From positions 1 to 60,179 of the forward strand of contig NW_021832578.1 of the NCBI RefSeq assembly GCF_006345805.1: DNA of 60,179 nt. The letters are read 5' to 3'. The stretch is from Octopus sinensis (taxonomy: Eukaryota). Below, piece by piece: positions 1 to 13,854 of the stretch. Both the position numbers and the translations under genes were made by a program. Position 1 is the first letter of the stretch, and every line of letters starts with the position of its first letter. The notes beneath the pieces are model-generated. The model searched no databases. It was not told the origin of the DNA and saw only the letters and a list, made by a program, of their open reading frames with translations.

Positions 1-255
1 GGGGATATTCAGCGTGACACAGAGAGTGACAAGGCCGGTCCTTTTGAAATACATGTACAACAGAAACAGGAAGTAAGAGTGAGAGAAAGTTGTGGTGAAA
101 GAGTACAGCAGGGATCACCACCGTCCCCTGCCGGAGCCTCGTGGAGCTTTAGGTGTTTTCGCTCAATAAACACTCACAACGCCCGGTCTGGGAATCGAAA
201 CCGTGATCCTATGACCGCGAGTCTGCTGCCCTAACCACTGGGCCATTGCGCCTCC
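1..255 (-). mobile_element. tRNA-derived SINE, family C (my label), cut by the window edge
   Basis: Reverse complement matches the full copy at 43617-44006, including the head GGAGGCGCAATGGCCCAGTGGTTAGGGCAG...GGTTTCGATTCCC with Pol III A/B boxes. Confidence 0.9.
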
Positions 256-2189
256 TCTGTAGCGAGAATTCTATATTTGAATGACGAAGGCAATATTTTG
301 TATCTTATTCGTCCCTAAAACAGATCCCGAATTTCTTGTGCAGATTATTCTTGTATTATTAGGAAATATTAAGGTTCGGCTATTTTCTACGACACAGGAA
401 TAATGTGATCATTAGATCCTTTTTACATACATAATATGCTAGATAGGAAACGTGTTTTAAATTTCAGATGTAGCTAATAACAATCGCTCCGGCTGAATGA
501 TGTAGTGTTAGTCTAAGAAAATATATGTTATGAATAGGTTCCCCAAATATTTTGTGAGGTTTGAGGCCCAACCCCTGCCAAGATATCCATCCACAAGCTT
601 TCATTTTCTGCTGACGATTATAGTCACTTCATATTACCTATGATTTTTTATGATCCTTTGCATTTGGTGTATGTACCAGTCTCCTAAATCTTACTGCATA
701 TCCATATCTGCAATCGAGCGTTATATCTTATGCTTTGCATTCGCTAGTATATTTCTACCGTTATTTCCAGGTCTTTTGATGTAGTCTAATTTGAAATTGA
801 CGATTGTAAAGCTACATGATTAAACAGATTGTAATTCATAAAATAACTTTTAAGATTTTCATTCGACCTTCTGGTAATATCTGCACTCTGATATACGCTC
901 AGGAACTTAAGACAATTCACATTATACCAAAGAAAATATGGACAAAGTATATATATATATATATAACGAGAAGCTTTATGAAAATAAACAAAAGACGAAG
1001 GCAGGTGGAATACAAACAAAGAATTGTATCAGTATGGCGCTCAGGAATATAAATAAAACAAGTATTTTACGTTTCGAGCCTACGCTCTTCAACAGAAAGA
1101 TACACAGAAAAGAAACACGGAGAGAAACAAGGAGAGAAAAAAAAATGCGTGCATAAGCTAGCGAATCAATATAGCGATCCATATATATATAAAGTAATCT
1201 TGTTCCTTTGGATTAACAAACATATAAACAACTATCTAAACCTGGTGGTTAAATGCCATACTATCTCACAACAAACATAAGCCACACACTCAAACACACA
1301 CAAATATACGTACGCACACATGCAAATGCACACATTAATGCTATATATAAGAATTTTGTATGCGCGCATGTCTGACTGTGAAGATGTGTGTGTGTGTGTG
1401 TGCGACTTTGTGCGATGTATATATATCTATACATGTGTAGGTTTGATGCAAATATACATATACATACGTATGCAAGCCCACTTACAAATCAACAGCGAAC
1501 GCAAAATCATTACTATATATGTATGCGCGTACGTGTTTGTGCATAAACGTGTGTGCGTTTATGTGAGAATGTGTGTGCGGGTGTGCGTATGAATATATTT
1601 ATTTTACGTATGTATGTATAGAGACAGACAGGGAAAAGAGGAAGATGGCGATAAACTTATACAATCAGTGCTTATATGGACAACGGTCAATTTGAAATAG
1701 AAACAATATTTTAATGTAGACAAAAGTTCATAATAAAGCAAGATTTGAGAGATTTTGTCACAGTTACAAATACCAATACTGGATATACTAAAACTGGAAA
1801 ATGGTATTCAATTGCTTTTCATCATATTTCAGGATTTGTTTCATTTTTTTATTTTCTTTCTCGTCTTACAATAAAGCCTGACACTAATAGCATATATAGG
1901 CAAACTGAAAATATTTAACTACAATCAGCCGCACATGTTTTTGCATATATACATATTTTATAAAGTAGCCATTGATAGGAAAATGCTGGTCGTGATTCTT
2001 TATGTTCCGAAGATTATAAGAGACGTACTTTAAGCTTTTTGTTGCAGTATCCCAGCAATGGTGTCTTTGATTCTGCTGCTGATATTTATTATTAAAGCAA
2101 ATGATCTCCCATGTACTCTTGCGCTCAATCTTATTTCTCTCACTCAAATATGTTTGTGTACGTGTTTGTGTGTTTGAATGGGTAAGTAT

Positions 2190-2197
2190 ATACATAA

Positions 2198-2272
<75 letters not shown>

Positions 2273-2336
2273 GATATATATATATATATGTATATATATG
2301 TGCATATATATATATACATATATATATATATACGTA

Positions 2337-2397
<61 letters not shown>

Positions 2398-2400
2398 TAT
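2190..2400. repeat. Imperfect (TA)n microsatellite
   Basis: Directly visible. One of dozens of (TA)n tracts; others lie at about 5350-5425, 10850-10960, 39420-39556, 45715-45805, 45930-46090 and 51060-51200. Confidence 0.98.
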
Positions 2401-2689
2401 AGATTAATAGTTATTGATCTGTATGTATCTATACCTGTAAATTTACTGTAAATGTGTGTGTGCGTGAATGTGGTGTTCAGGGGAGTCTGTTACACACACT
2501 ATGACTGGAAACCTCATCAATTCTGCTTTCTCACACACGAACCATCATCCACCTAAACAAACAAGTGCATATACGCACAAGAGATTGAAATGGAGATGTG
2601 ATGATGAAGTTTTGTACGTAAATAGCTACACTGTTTACATAAATTACCTTTGTCGCCTACTCCTTCTCAGTTGTATACGTATATCTATC

Positions 2690-3015
2690 TGTCTGTCTAT
2701 GTATGTATGTATGTATGTATGTATGTATGTATGTATGTATGTATGTATGTATGTATGTATGTATCTATCTATCTATCTACCTACCTATCTATCTATCTAT
2801 CTATCTGTCTCTCTGTCTGTCTATCTGTCAATCTATCGATCTATCTGTCAGCCTGTCTATTTACCTATCTATTGATATATTTGTCTCTGTCTCCATGTAT
2901 ATATATATATATATATATGGATGTGTGTGTGTGCGCGTGTGCGAATGTGTATGTGTTTGTGTATGTGTGTGTGTGTGCTTGTGTGTCTGTCTGTGCGTGT
3001 TGTTCTGTGTGTGTA
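2690..3015. repeat. Compound microsatellite (GTAT)n-(CTAT)n-(TA)n-(TG)n
   Basis: Directly visible. Confidence 0.95.
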
Positions 3016-3641
3016 TATATTGGGAGCGAGACAGAAATAGAAAAGAAAACAAATACTTAGGTACATAAACACATGCACTGGCTTATTTATGTGCAAAACT
3101 TCGTGCTACTGCACAAAATGTACAAGTACGTATTTGGATGCGTATATCTCTACGCGTATATCTAATGATATGTGTATGTGTGTGTGTTTATTTAGTTGTG
3201 TATTCTATATCTCAACGTATAGAATATAGAAAAGGCATTATTGCAGTTTACTGTCTCTAAAGTAAGCATCCTTTTGTTTGTATTTCAAAGGCTTCCCTTC
3301 TACCATTGATGTATCTTATCAGTTATCCTGAACTATTATGATACCATAAAACTTTACAGCAAGAAAACAGACATTCTTCGAGAAATAATGGCGAAATCAT
3401 ATTCGCGCGGCTGTAGACATTTTGTTTGAAATGCGTTTGAAATTAAATAAAACGAAGAGTTCAGTTTTATCTTTGTTTAAGAGTTTACACAATAGGACAC
3501 CCAGCAGCGGCGAATCGTTAAAACTTGCTTTTATAAAGACTGTGGTTTTCCAAGGAAAATGAACATGAATTTTTCGATCACTTGTACAAACTCATGTAAA
3601 AACATACACACATATATATACGTGTGTATAAGTAAGCCATA

Positions 3642-3642
<1 letters not shown>

Positions 3643-3717
<75 letters not shown>

Positions 3718-3748
3718 GTCATAATCATCATTATCATTATCATTATTG
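3643..3748. repeat. (ATT)n microsatellite grading into ATC
   Basis: Directly visible. It explains the poly-Ile and poly-Asn ORFs. Confidence 0.95.
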
Positions 3749-3764
3749 AATAAGAGAACAACGC

Positions 3765-4270
3765 AAGCCATCAATATGACACTGGGGTACAATTAGACGA
3801 AACCCAATAGAGACATCATGACTACCAGTCTGATAAGGGTATAACAGGAACATGCATCATAGCTACATGGGCGCGACATGGTGATCTTATATCAAGATAA
3901 GCAGTGCAAGAACTTGCAGGTGGGTCCAGTTAGAATTTTCGTCAGATTGCGTAGCCCACCCCGCTCAAAATGTCCCGGAATAAAATTTGTTTAAGGATGA
4001 TGAACGGGAATCTAATGCTTCGAGAGGTGAATTATTCAAATCCTAAAGAATTCCCCTCAACACATAGCTATGTTGCTCCACAACTACATCTGCTCGTGAT
4101 CAGAAAAGCACATAACGTCAGCCACCAAGGCACATTCTCAACTGGTTATGGTGAAAGAATTGAGAAACAAATCTGTGGTATTGAGCAGAATATTCACTGT
4201 AACCCATCTTTTCTACCAAGACAATTCTACGTACATGACAAAACTTCCAATCAGTTAAGATCGGAAGACA
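3765..4270 (+). mobile_element. Decayed BEL/Pao LTR-retrotransposon pol fragment (RNase H end to integrase Zn-finger region)
   Basis: Manual translation gives PSI*HWGTIRRNPIETS (like W.YV.T..NPAD.ASR), PKEFPSTHSYVAPQLHLLVIRKAHNVSHQGTFST (like P++LP..H....L++R..H....HQG...T) and YMTKLP (like QMADLP). Stops and frameshifts are present. Confidence 0.5.
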
Positions 4271-4311
4271 TGAAACCCACTGCCTAATCAAGGCAATTCT
4301 AGGCAATTATT

Positions 4312-4535
4312 GGCGGTGAGCTGGCAGAAAGGTTAACACACCGGGAAAAATGCTTAGCGGTATTTCGTCTTTCGCTAGGTTCTGAGTTCAAATTCCGCCG
4401 AGGTCGACTTTTCCTTTCATCCTTTTGGGGTTGATAAATTAAGTACGAGTTACGCACTGGAGTCGATGTAATCGACTGGCCGCCCCTCACCAAAATATCG
4501 GGCCTTGTGCCTAGATTAGGAAAACAAAAATATTA
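4312..4535 (+). mobile_element. tRNA-derived SINE, family B (my label)
   Basis: GGCGGTGAGCTGGCAGAA head, GAGTTCAAATTCC B box, and the GGTCGACTTT.CCTTTCATCCTTT.GGGGT.GATAAATTAAGTAC core shared with copies at 4808, 13855, 25109, 34290 and 55490. Confidence 0.9.
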
Positions 4536-4603
4536 TTACTGCTGTTGTTGTTGTTGCTGTTATTGTTAATGTCGTTGTTTTTCTGGCTGTTGTTGTTATT
4601 ATT

Positions 4604-4606
4604 ACT

Positions 4607-4676
<70 letters not shown>
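4604..4676. repeat. (TAC)n microsatellite
   Basis: Directly visible. Confidence 0.95.
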
Positions 4677-4807
4677 GATTATTCTTATTATTGCTGTATA
4701 TTTACGCTTTAACACGTACATATATTTTATATGACTCAATGTTTCGTGGAGTTCGCACTATGAAACTTGAATATTTTGGATTGAAATGGAAAGGGAAGAA
4801 TATAAAA

Positions 4808-4932
4808 TATCTCGACTTTGCTTTTCATCCGTTCGGGGAAGAGAAATTAAGTACCAGTTCCGTACTGATGACGATCTGATCGACTTTCCCCCTACACCAA
4901 TATTTAGGGCCTTGTGTCTAGAGTAGAAAAGG
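4808..4932 (+). mobile_element. SINE family B, 3' half
   Basis: CTCGACTTTGCTTTTCATCC...AAATTAAGTACCAG...GGCCTTGTGTCTAGAGTAGAAAA is homologous to 4400-4530. Confidence 0.8.
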
Positions 4933-5348
4933 ATCTGAGTCGATCCATGGCAGACGGTTAAGGTATACAAGAGCTGGCTTTTCATTTTTAGATTGCATAC
5001 GATCTTTATTTGATGATATACTTCTGGTTACCGACATCTACGCATTCTTTTATATAAGAATGCATAGAAAATACTCGCGGCGTAATGATCTGATTACGTG
5101 GATAATTATGATAATTCAGTCATTTATTGAGGGCAATTTTCTTTATCGAATTTCGATTAATTTGCGTCAAGGAACTATTCTCAGCAAACTCATATCACAG
5201 CACTTTCTCTAACAAATGTGATACGGCTTTGTAAAATCTTATAAAAACAGAGATTCAATCATATCCCTACCCAGAATCCCGAAAGAAAGATTAATATAAT
5301 GTATTCACTACTGTGTATATAAATATGCAGGCAAACGTACATACATGC

Positions 5349-5432
<84 letters not shown>

Positions 5433-5589
5433 GTAAGTATGTATTACACGCCCACTTATGTATGTGTGTGTCTTTTTTAGCTACGTATATAATAGCAAAT
5501 ATACTTGGATATATCGTATAACACATGCTATTGTATCACTTGGCTTACGTATATATTCTCTGCGTATATAGGCAAATCTATCTGGCACA

Positions 5590-5670
5590 ACACGAGTACT
5601 GGTGTCCCCGTAATCTAATATCCACCTCGCCTAACTTCAGCCCTTGTGCCTATAGTAGAAAGTATTATTA
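5590..5670 (+). mobile_element. SINE family B, 3' tail fragment
   Basis: CCCTTGTGCCTATAGTAGAAAGTATTATTA tail motif. Confidence 0.55.
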
Positions 5671-6269
5671 ATCTATTCTTTATAGTATGCATATGTTTTG
5701 TTTTTCTCTAAATATTATTATGACTGCCAATAGAGATATAATTCATTTCAGGTCTACCAGTGTTCAGATCCACCGATGTCTAGCGCTACCATCTCTTAAA
5801 TAATAATCTTAGCACATTTTAGTAGAACCATTCATTGCACAAAAGTTGCGGTTTCCTATCGCTGCTAATCGCCAATTACTTACATGTTTCGCCGTGGATA
5901 ACATTCAATCAGTAGGTGTTATTCTGATGTAAATAGTTTTCAATAAAATGCCTGAAGTTTTGTTTGAATCTTGTATATAAGTAAATTTTTCAATAAGATC
6001 ATGCATCTTTACCACAATCTTGAAATGAATGCCTGCGTGAAATTGTCATTTAAGTGGGTAAGTAATCCATGAAATGATATGCGTTTTCCACCATTTATAC
6101 GTAACTAGATATTTATTAAATTATTATAACATGATTTGATACGTGCTTGAGCTGGTCGCTTCCTAGAAAATGAGGATTGTATTAGGGTAATCAGAATTTA
6201 TAGGAATATATAGGAATCCTGTTTTCTGTAATTATTTAAACAAAACCAGCAGTTGAACGTTTATATCAT

Positions 6270-7330
6270 TTTCCATTATAATCACTTTGCTTTTCTATGT
6301 TTTTTCTTCATGCGATACACACCTTTACGTATCTCACCGGAAAAACGTTTTGGCTGGTTTTGCACCTATTTAACACTGCAACCTGTACATCTTCATCAAT
6401 AGGAAATAGACAACCATCAAAAGGATGTTTGAACGATCCAAGCAGGTGACTGTCTGAAATGGCATGATTTCATCTCTAAAATATTCGTCCTGCAACTCGA
6501 AACCAAATTTTGAATGATTGCAACAGTATTGGCTGTAGCCGTTGATTGCTGTGCAACAAAAATATATGATTTCAGAGTAAGTCTCTGTATTCGTTAGACT
6601 TTCCCGTTTGTCAGTATTTCACTGTATCCCTACACCGGTGAGAATAAGCCCCATTTGAAGGAAATTTTGCAGTACAAGCCCTTTTGTGTCCCAAACATTT
6701 TCTGCTGAAATTTCAGTTTCAAATTAGTCTTTGACTGGCGATTGCGTGCGCTTCATACCAATACCATGCTTTTTGGATTCTCACTCAATATTGCCTGTGA
6801 CGTGTTGCTGCAAAAAGGAATGTTGCCTTCAGCGTTTTAGTAGCCGAATAATTGTTGAGAGATGTCTATAGTGTTGGAATTATGTGCTTCGGTAAGCTCT
6901 CTTAGCACCAATCTCGCATTGAATTTGTGGAAGCGAAGCCTAACTTGGATAATTTCCCATGCATTACCTTCACGAATTTACGGAGAACATGCTACGCCAT
7001 TGGTACACCGGAGCCTTCTCTCAAGCGTGTTGAATCTTCTCTTCCATCATAGAAGTCAGTGAGCTTCCTCTTCGTGTTTCTTGCATGCGCGCTTATTTTT
7101 AATTTTCCCAATCCACCCCAATACACACTTATAAACTTTAGAGCCCTGTTTCGCATTGAAAGTGAAAGCATGCGACGAATCTGCGCCATTGACACATCTT
7201 CACAAACGTCAAACTGGAACATTATTTCATGTCTTGCCAACAGAGCTGTCCTATTTACTCTGTAATATAATCCAAATGGTTCGACATTATTTTTCTGTTC
7301 GCATGTGAGCTCTGAAAGAATATTTTGGAG
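6270..7330 (-). mobile_element. Near full-length decayed mariner (DD34D-type) transposase
   Basis: Minus-strand translation gives VYKCVLGWIGKIKNKR (HTH), LRFHKFNARLVLRELTEAH (WVPRELT motif), NHAISDSHLLGSFKHPFDG (SPDLAPSDFHLFGPLK region) and KTFSGEIRKGVYRMKKNIEKQSDYNGK* (C-terminus). Many stops and frameshifts. Confidence 0.85.
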
Positions 7331-7724
7331 AAAGTACGTGTAATGTTTGTGTTAGCTTCATTAATTGCCTTATGATGATGCCATACTGCACGTCAGATAT
7401 ATTTGAATATTTCGTCGGCCATTCTAAAAAAAAATAATTTTTGCTTGCTTGCTTTTCTTGTATATTATTTACATTTTCCATTCGTGCTATGAAAAGTTTT
7501 CCGGATATGCTGGCAATAAGCTCACATACATAATATGAGTTAGAGCATCATGTCGATTATCATTATCCAATCAGTTTCCACCAAATATTTACTTTGCTTC
7601 AGTTTACCTATCATTCTGAATAATTACGATATACTTTGCCTATATAGGGGAGAAAGGAGGTGAGCACAATTTTTAATTTTTAGTTCTACGTATGTTTCCC
7701 CATTGCAGTTAACTAGAGCCAGTA

Positions 7725-7782
<58 letters not shown>

Positions 7783-9712
7783 TGTATGTATGTATTTGCC
7801 TTAATATGTATGTGTTTGCACACTTAATAAAGCACGCACATATATACACACAAACAGATGTGTATAAATATATTTGCCCGCTTTTTGTGTTATATTTTCC
7901 ACAAATCGATTTTAATCTATTTCAATAGTACACAGGGATAATGTATACCCTTCTACTCTAGTTGTTGCCAGACTACTTTAATTTGATAACGATATGGTTA
8001 ATGTTAATGGACAGCTATATTTTGAGTGCAGATGATAGAAAGAGTGGGTGGAGGGAATCTATTATACAAAATCGTTGTGTAATTAATTATGAAAATTGTT
8101 CTTTGAATAGAAATACTTGAAGCTAAATCATAAACGAAACGAAAAACGAACACTAGAAATAAGATTTTGTACGAATTTGCATTCAATTAGGTGTAACATG
8201 CATGTAAGACACACTGCGAAAATAATATAGATTCTATTAGATCTACACCAGTAATGAGTTGAACATTTCATGAAAGCTAATGTAATATCCGAGTGAATAT
8301 ATGTTCGGTGAAGAAACGTTGGTTCTTAGGCAATCCATTAGATTCCATGATATTTCAGTACATATTTTTACATATGACAATGCTATTTTAATAGTGCTTA
8401 TGACATGTGAGTTACAGTGTTTGTGAAGTGTCTAATTCCTAGTGACAAATACGAAATACTTATAGCGATTTGAAGAGCATCATCTATTACTGTGCTGAAG
8501 TCACCTGGATGAAAATTGAGAATATGAGACCTAGAATGAAGTCGATTAATCACCAATCTGGAAGTGAGAAATATAAACAAACATGCAATTACCACTAGGA
8601 AGTAGATATGAGATTACAACTGAAATTGTTTCCTTTTAACCGTTTCGATGTAGCTAAAGTTAGCAACAATATAAGAGGTAATGATGCAATATAACTCTCG
8701 TGTGTTAATCATTGCAACGTTTTCTAAACGCAGGTACGGATGTGATGCAAACCGACATCAGAAGCAAATCTCAATGCGAAATACATCATAGAAGTAAGTA
8801 ATTTCTCTGATAAATTCGTGAGGAGATTGTACGATCATAGGTTGTGAGTGAATATATCACAAAGTCTAAGACATGTGAGACAGGTTTGAATGTCGATCAA
8901 CGCAAACATTATGATTTTCCCTTCCTATTTCTTAAATAAAATCAAAAATAAATCCGTTGTATCACGTCATCGTGCTTTATTCTGAAGAAATACGTTTGCG
9001 AGTGTATATATATATGTATATATATATATACATATTCATGCAATACATCGCGAGGGAAACACTGCAATTATTTTGAAGGATGTTGCATGAAATCACATAA
9101 ATCTTTCCCGTAATCTACGCCAGGGTATTCAGGTAAAGAGGACTACAAATTTATGTTGATACAGGTGACTTATACAGGAAAGACGAAATAATTTTCAGTA
9201 TTGTGGTCACGTTTACTTAATAAACAATAAATATTCCATGATTACATCTTAATTGTGAGAGCAAATTTACACTGACGATCACTCTGTGTGTAGCTGTAAA
9301 TTTTACACTGACGATCACTTGTGTAGCTGTAAATGAGTGCAGATGTATCCATCGGTCCACAACCGCACATAGAAAATTTTAAAAATTGAATGAATGTTTT
9401 ATAAATGAAACCAGCCATGATGGCAGAATAATCTGTCGTTACGCAGAAAGAGAAATAGACTCTAGGCGACATTCACAATCAGAAAGCAATTAAATGTGTC
9501 ATTCATCACGTTTTTCAATTAGAACATAGTCAGGATAAGGTTTAATTTGCAACTAACTACAGATAACCAAATGATTTAATTAGAAATATGTGCACGAGTA
9601 CCAACGAGCGTGTTGGAAAAGGTTCCTCAATAGGGTAGGTCGATAAACGCTGGTATTATCATAAACACAACACATCACATATATCAGGAAACCCATGTGC
9701 GCATATGTATGC

Positions 9713-9743
<31 letters not shown>

Positions 9744-9871
9744 GGTGTGTGTGTGTGTGTTTGTCTGTCTGTGTGTGTGCGTGTGTGTGTAAGCATGAAT
9801 GTGTCTACATATATATTTATACTACATATTTATATTAATAATCAGGCTTATATATATATATATAATATATA

Positions 9872-9924
<53 letters not shown>

Positions 9925-9942
9925 ATATATATGTATTATATA

Positions 9943-10087
9943 CAATTTTGGGGGATTAATTGATATGCGGGTAATCTATTTCAGATAATACAAAAAGAAC
10001 CTGATGAGTATATCTTACAGTAAACTCAGGGAATCAATTTGCACCACAAAATAGAATACCTGCATATAGATTAATCCCCAAAAATTG
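9943..10087. mobile_element. Small MITE-like element with ~39-bp terminal inverted repeats
   Basis: 9943-9981 CAATTTTGGGGGATTAATTGATATGCGGGTAATCTATTT matches the reverse complement of about 10049-10087 with ~5 mismatches. Confidence 0.7.
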
Positions 10088-10160
10088 AATATTGACTTTC
10101 AACAGATATTTTGTATATTTATTGATTAATATATAAATATACGATAAATAAGACCCCCAA

Positions 10161-10306
10161 GGCGCAGGAGTGGCTGTGCGGTAAGTAGCTTCCGAGTTCA
10201 GTCCCACTGCGTGGCACCTTGGTCAAGTGTATTCTGCTATAGCCCCGGGCCGACCAATGCCTTGTGAGTGGATTTGGTAGACGGAAACTGAAAGAAGCCT
10301 GTCGTA

Positions 10307-10337
<31 letters not shown>

Positions 10338-10540
10338 GTGTGTCTGTGTTTGTCCCCCTAGCATTGCTTGACAACCGATGCTGGTGTGTTTACGTCACTG
10401 TCACTTAGCGGTTCGGCAAAAGAGACCTATAGAATAAGTACTGGGCTTACAAAGAATAAGTCCCGGGGTCGATTTGCTAAGACTAAAGGCGGTGCTCCAG
10501 CATGGCCGCAGCCAAATAACTGAGACAAGTAAAAGAGTAA
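10161..10540 (+). mobile_element. tRNA-derived SINE, family A (my label), with internal (TA)/(TG) microsatellite
   Basis: GGCGCAGGAGTGGCTGTG.GGTAAG head and GGCGGTGCTCCAGCATGGCCGCAG...AAGTAAAAGAGT tail. Near-identical to 46449-46840 and 42824-43217. Confidence 0.92.
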
Positions 10541-10847
10541 GGTACGATATGTAAATGCCTACAACTCTATAGGGTTAAACCGGATTAAATTAGAAAATTG
10601 TTGCCCCAAATTATTTATGTAGATATATGTATAAAAATTTGCTAATGTAAACGTGAGCTCACGCGCACAAACACACACACATTTGTATATTCGATAAATG
10701 AACACATTTTACCCCAAAAAACTGAAACTATTACTGATTACATTAGTAATAGTAAGACACACTGAAATAGTGCAATACTAAGATGGGGTTTATGAAAATA
10801 ACACAATCACTAATACATTTACATTGTGAACAAATTACATCATTGAC

Positions 10848-10930
<83 letters not shown>

Positions 10931-11449
10931 ATATGTATGTATGTATATATATATATGTATGTATGTATATATGTCTGTATCTATGTATTCATAATGTAAA
11001 CCAGAGCAGGAACGAAAAGTAAAAAGACAAGCACATACCGGAAGGTTTTGCTTTTCAGACACAGAAATTTGATAAAAATGTCACTAAGTTGCAAGATTCA
11101 ACTGAATATTTTCTATTAGATTAGAAAACCTAATTGGAAAAAACATTATTATATATAATTCTTATAACCCCAATCAGACAATTGTAGTTAGTAAATTCAT
11201 TTAGCACATAGTGCATACACTATAAAATAAATTACACAGATCAAAGAAGGTTAGACAGATGCGAAAGCAAAGTTTGTCAGGTGCACATTCAATGACCACA
11301 GAAAAAGCGCAAGGAGAGAAAAAAATTATAGCTACAGAATTCAAAACAATTAATTCTTTATTTCGACAACATACATTCTTCATAATTAAATACAACTTAA
11401 ATTTAGACACTTTGTATCGAGGAATTTGTATTATCTTCTGCTGGCCCTA

Positions 11450-12120
11450 TTTCGATCTGTCTTTACTGACCTCTCACTTATAATAACAACCTCGCCCTCT
11501 CTAATTAAAACATTTCCTCGTTGCACTACTTAAACAGCTTTTCAAAAAATCTATTAATTATTTCAGATAACGTAATAATTAAACATTTCTTTTGGCATGT
11601 ATAGCAGTAATAATAGGATAAGATAGGAGGGCAAAATGTGGTCTGCAATACATCGATTCTTTATGAATCCGGCTAATTGTTGGCAGTGCCTGCTCCCAAT
11701 GACGGGAAGAAACCAGCTGAGGTGTATCGCTTTGAATAGTTTGCTCGGTATGAATCCTCATTGGTTGCTGCAGACGTGTTTTTTGCACATCCGTTTCCCA
11801 AAGTAGTGGGAGTTACCTCCGGCTCAGTTAAGTATGGAAGTCGTTTTGACGGCAAAACGTGGTACATGATGCGAATTAGTATTGGATCATATTCTCTCCG
11901 ACTGCTCCTAAAATTGCCGCGGTATTACTGCAGATTGCCACAAGAATAATATCCAGCCAGGGCTTTACTCCCATTCGAATAGGCACCTGCGGGTTAGAAG
12001 AGACCCATTTGTAGGTCCTATCTAAGGCAGCTTCCCGTGGGGATATCACAGCAGAAAATGTCTCAAAATCTGGTGTACTTATATATGGAGACGACGTAAA
12101 TTTTGACGTTACTTGATCAT
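11450..12120 (-). mobile_element. Decayed DNA-transposon-like fragment, tentatively pogo/Tigger DDE_1
   Basis: Homologous in inverted orientation to 12650-13070. The peptide YTSAGFFPSLGAGTANN loosely resembles the NTTS.+QP+DQG+I.N.K motif. Family assignment is weak. Confidence 0.35.
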
Positions 12121-12649
12121 ATATATATGTTTTCATCCGTCTTGCCCGCCTAATTGTTCTGGTGTCCGCTGAACTTTCCTCTAGAGAAACATTCTTTGTA
12201 GTTTGATCGTTGGTGATCTATTTCTAGCATACTGCCGACTACCTTGTGGTCTTGCCTTTGGATATACACATGTATTAAACTTTTCTCTGATTTTTGTATG
12301 CTAGGCTACAGGTTTTAAATTGATGTTAATTAAATTGATATTACTCCATCTCTCTCATTATTCAAATATATATATATTATATATATATATATAATATATA
12401 TATATATTATATATATATATATATATATCTACTTATATATATATATATATTTATACGTGTATATATATATATATATATGCACACATATACACATATATAA
12501 ACGCATGTATATAAGGAGAGACAGAAGAGTAAGAGAGAGAGCATATGAGTCATTTAACTCATTGGTGACCTAAGTGAATAGGTACGCTGAGTAATTGCTA
12601 GAATTGGTCACCCGATATCGTCTATAAGCCTGCACCTTCTTTTGTCTCT

Positions 12650-13070
12650 TGTATGGGTGTCAGAGCGATTCCCATACATAACTGGACCCGGGGCAACGCT
12701 CTCCATTTCTTGTAACGGAAGTGCGAAGATCTTTCTGCAGAAACCAACGAGAGGTCTTCCCTGGCAAACTATTCAATACGATACACCTCAGCTGTTCTGT
12801 TCCAGCCATTGGGAGCAGACGCTGCCAACAACTAGCCGTATTCATACCGAATCGATGTAAAGAAGATCATATTCTGCTCTCCTATGATATCCTATGACTA
12901 ACGCTATACATGTCGAAAGAAATGTTTATTTATTACGTTACATGAAATGATTAATAGACTATTTGCAACACTGTTAAATTAGTGCAACTTTGATATGTTT
13001 TAATTAGAGCGAACGAAATAGAACCTTTGTTATTGAAAGTGAGAGGTCAGCAAAGACAGAACGAAACAGC
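12650..13070 (+). mobile_element. Second, inverted copy of the same decayed element
   Basis: QTIQYDTPQLFCSSHWEQTLPTTSRIHTESM versus QTIQSDTPQLVSSRHWEQALPTISRIHKESM at 11579-11788(-). Another frame gives YTSAVLFQPLGADAANN*PYSYR. Confidence 0.4.
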
Positions 13071-13384
13071 ACAAGCATAAAATAATAAAGATTCCTGCAT
13101 AGAAATTGTCTATATTTAAGTTGCATTTAATTATGAAAAAGCTATTCTGTCGAAATTACTAATTAATTATTTTGTGTACTTTAGGCAGAATTTTTTCTCT
13201 CGTTGATCTTAGTCTTTGGTCATATAAAGTGCACCTGACAATCTTTGCTCTCGCATTTTTCTAACCTTCTTTCATCAGTGTAATTTATTTCATAGCATAT
13301 GCACACCGTGCTGATTGAATATACCTAGTACAAATTGTCTGGTTTGCGTTATAAGAATTTTATATAATAAAAGATACAGAAATA

Positions 13385-13750
13385 AATTGTTTATTCTAAC
13401 ACACGTGATAATGCTAATAAGCAGCGTGATCTGGATAAATTATCCATACATTGCAGTAAAATACGTTATCGGACAGTTATGGGACTCGAACTCACATCTC
13501 TGTGATTACACGTCAAGTGATTTACCATTAAGTTAAACTACCCACTAACAAATTGTTCTGCAATTTTAGAACTTATCAATTTAGCTTCGTAAGACTCTAA
13601 CGTTGAATTTAACTTACAATGAGTGTAAACAAACAAAATTGGTTTTAGATGCGTCGAGATGTATTGAAAGATACAGAAATATAATTTTTATTCTTAAACG
13701 CATGATAATGCTAATAAATAGCGTGATCAGATTAGATTATCCATACTATA
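13385..13750 (-). repeat. tRNA-like cassette repeat (same family as 32750-33350)
   Basis: Minus strand reads TTAACTTAATGGTAAATCACTTGACGTGTAATCACAGAGATGTGAGTTCGAGTCCC. The flanking GATAATGCTAATAA.TAGCGTGATC block is repeated at about 13400 and 13700. Confidence 0.65.
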
Positions 13751-13854
13751 TATAATAATATTTTTTCCAATCATTTTTCCTAATAGAAAATAGCACTATC
13801 CCATATCTGTTCAGTTGACTTTGCATCTTCGTGACACTTTCATGAGATTTCAGT

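Noticed and set aside
2190-2400. Recurrent phase slips (TATT/ATAAT) within (TA)n tracts as a coded pattern
   Set aside because: They are more simply explained by slippage mutations or long-read consensus errors, which cannot be told apart without raw reads.
2101-3068. Many ORFs rich in IY, CV, MYVC, poly-I, poly-N or poly-L here and across the window
   Set aside because: They are translations of (TA)n, (TG)n, (GTAT)n and (ATT)n microsatellites, not genes.
10001-10060. CTGATGAG inside the small MITE as a hammerhead
   Set aside because: No downstream CGAAA half or supporting stems.
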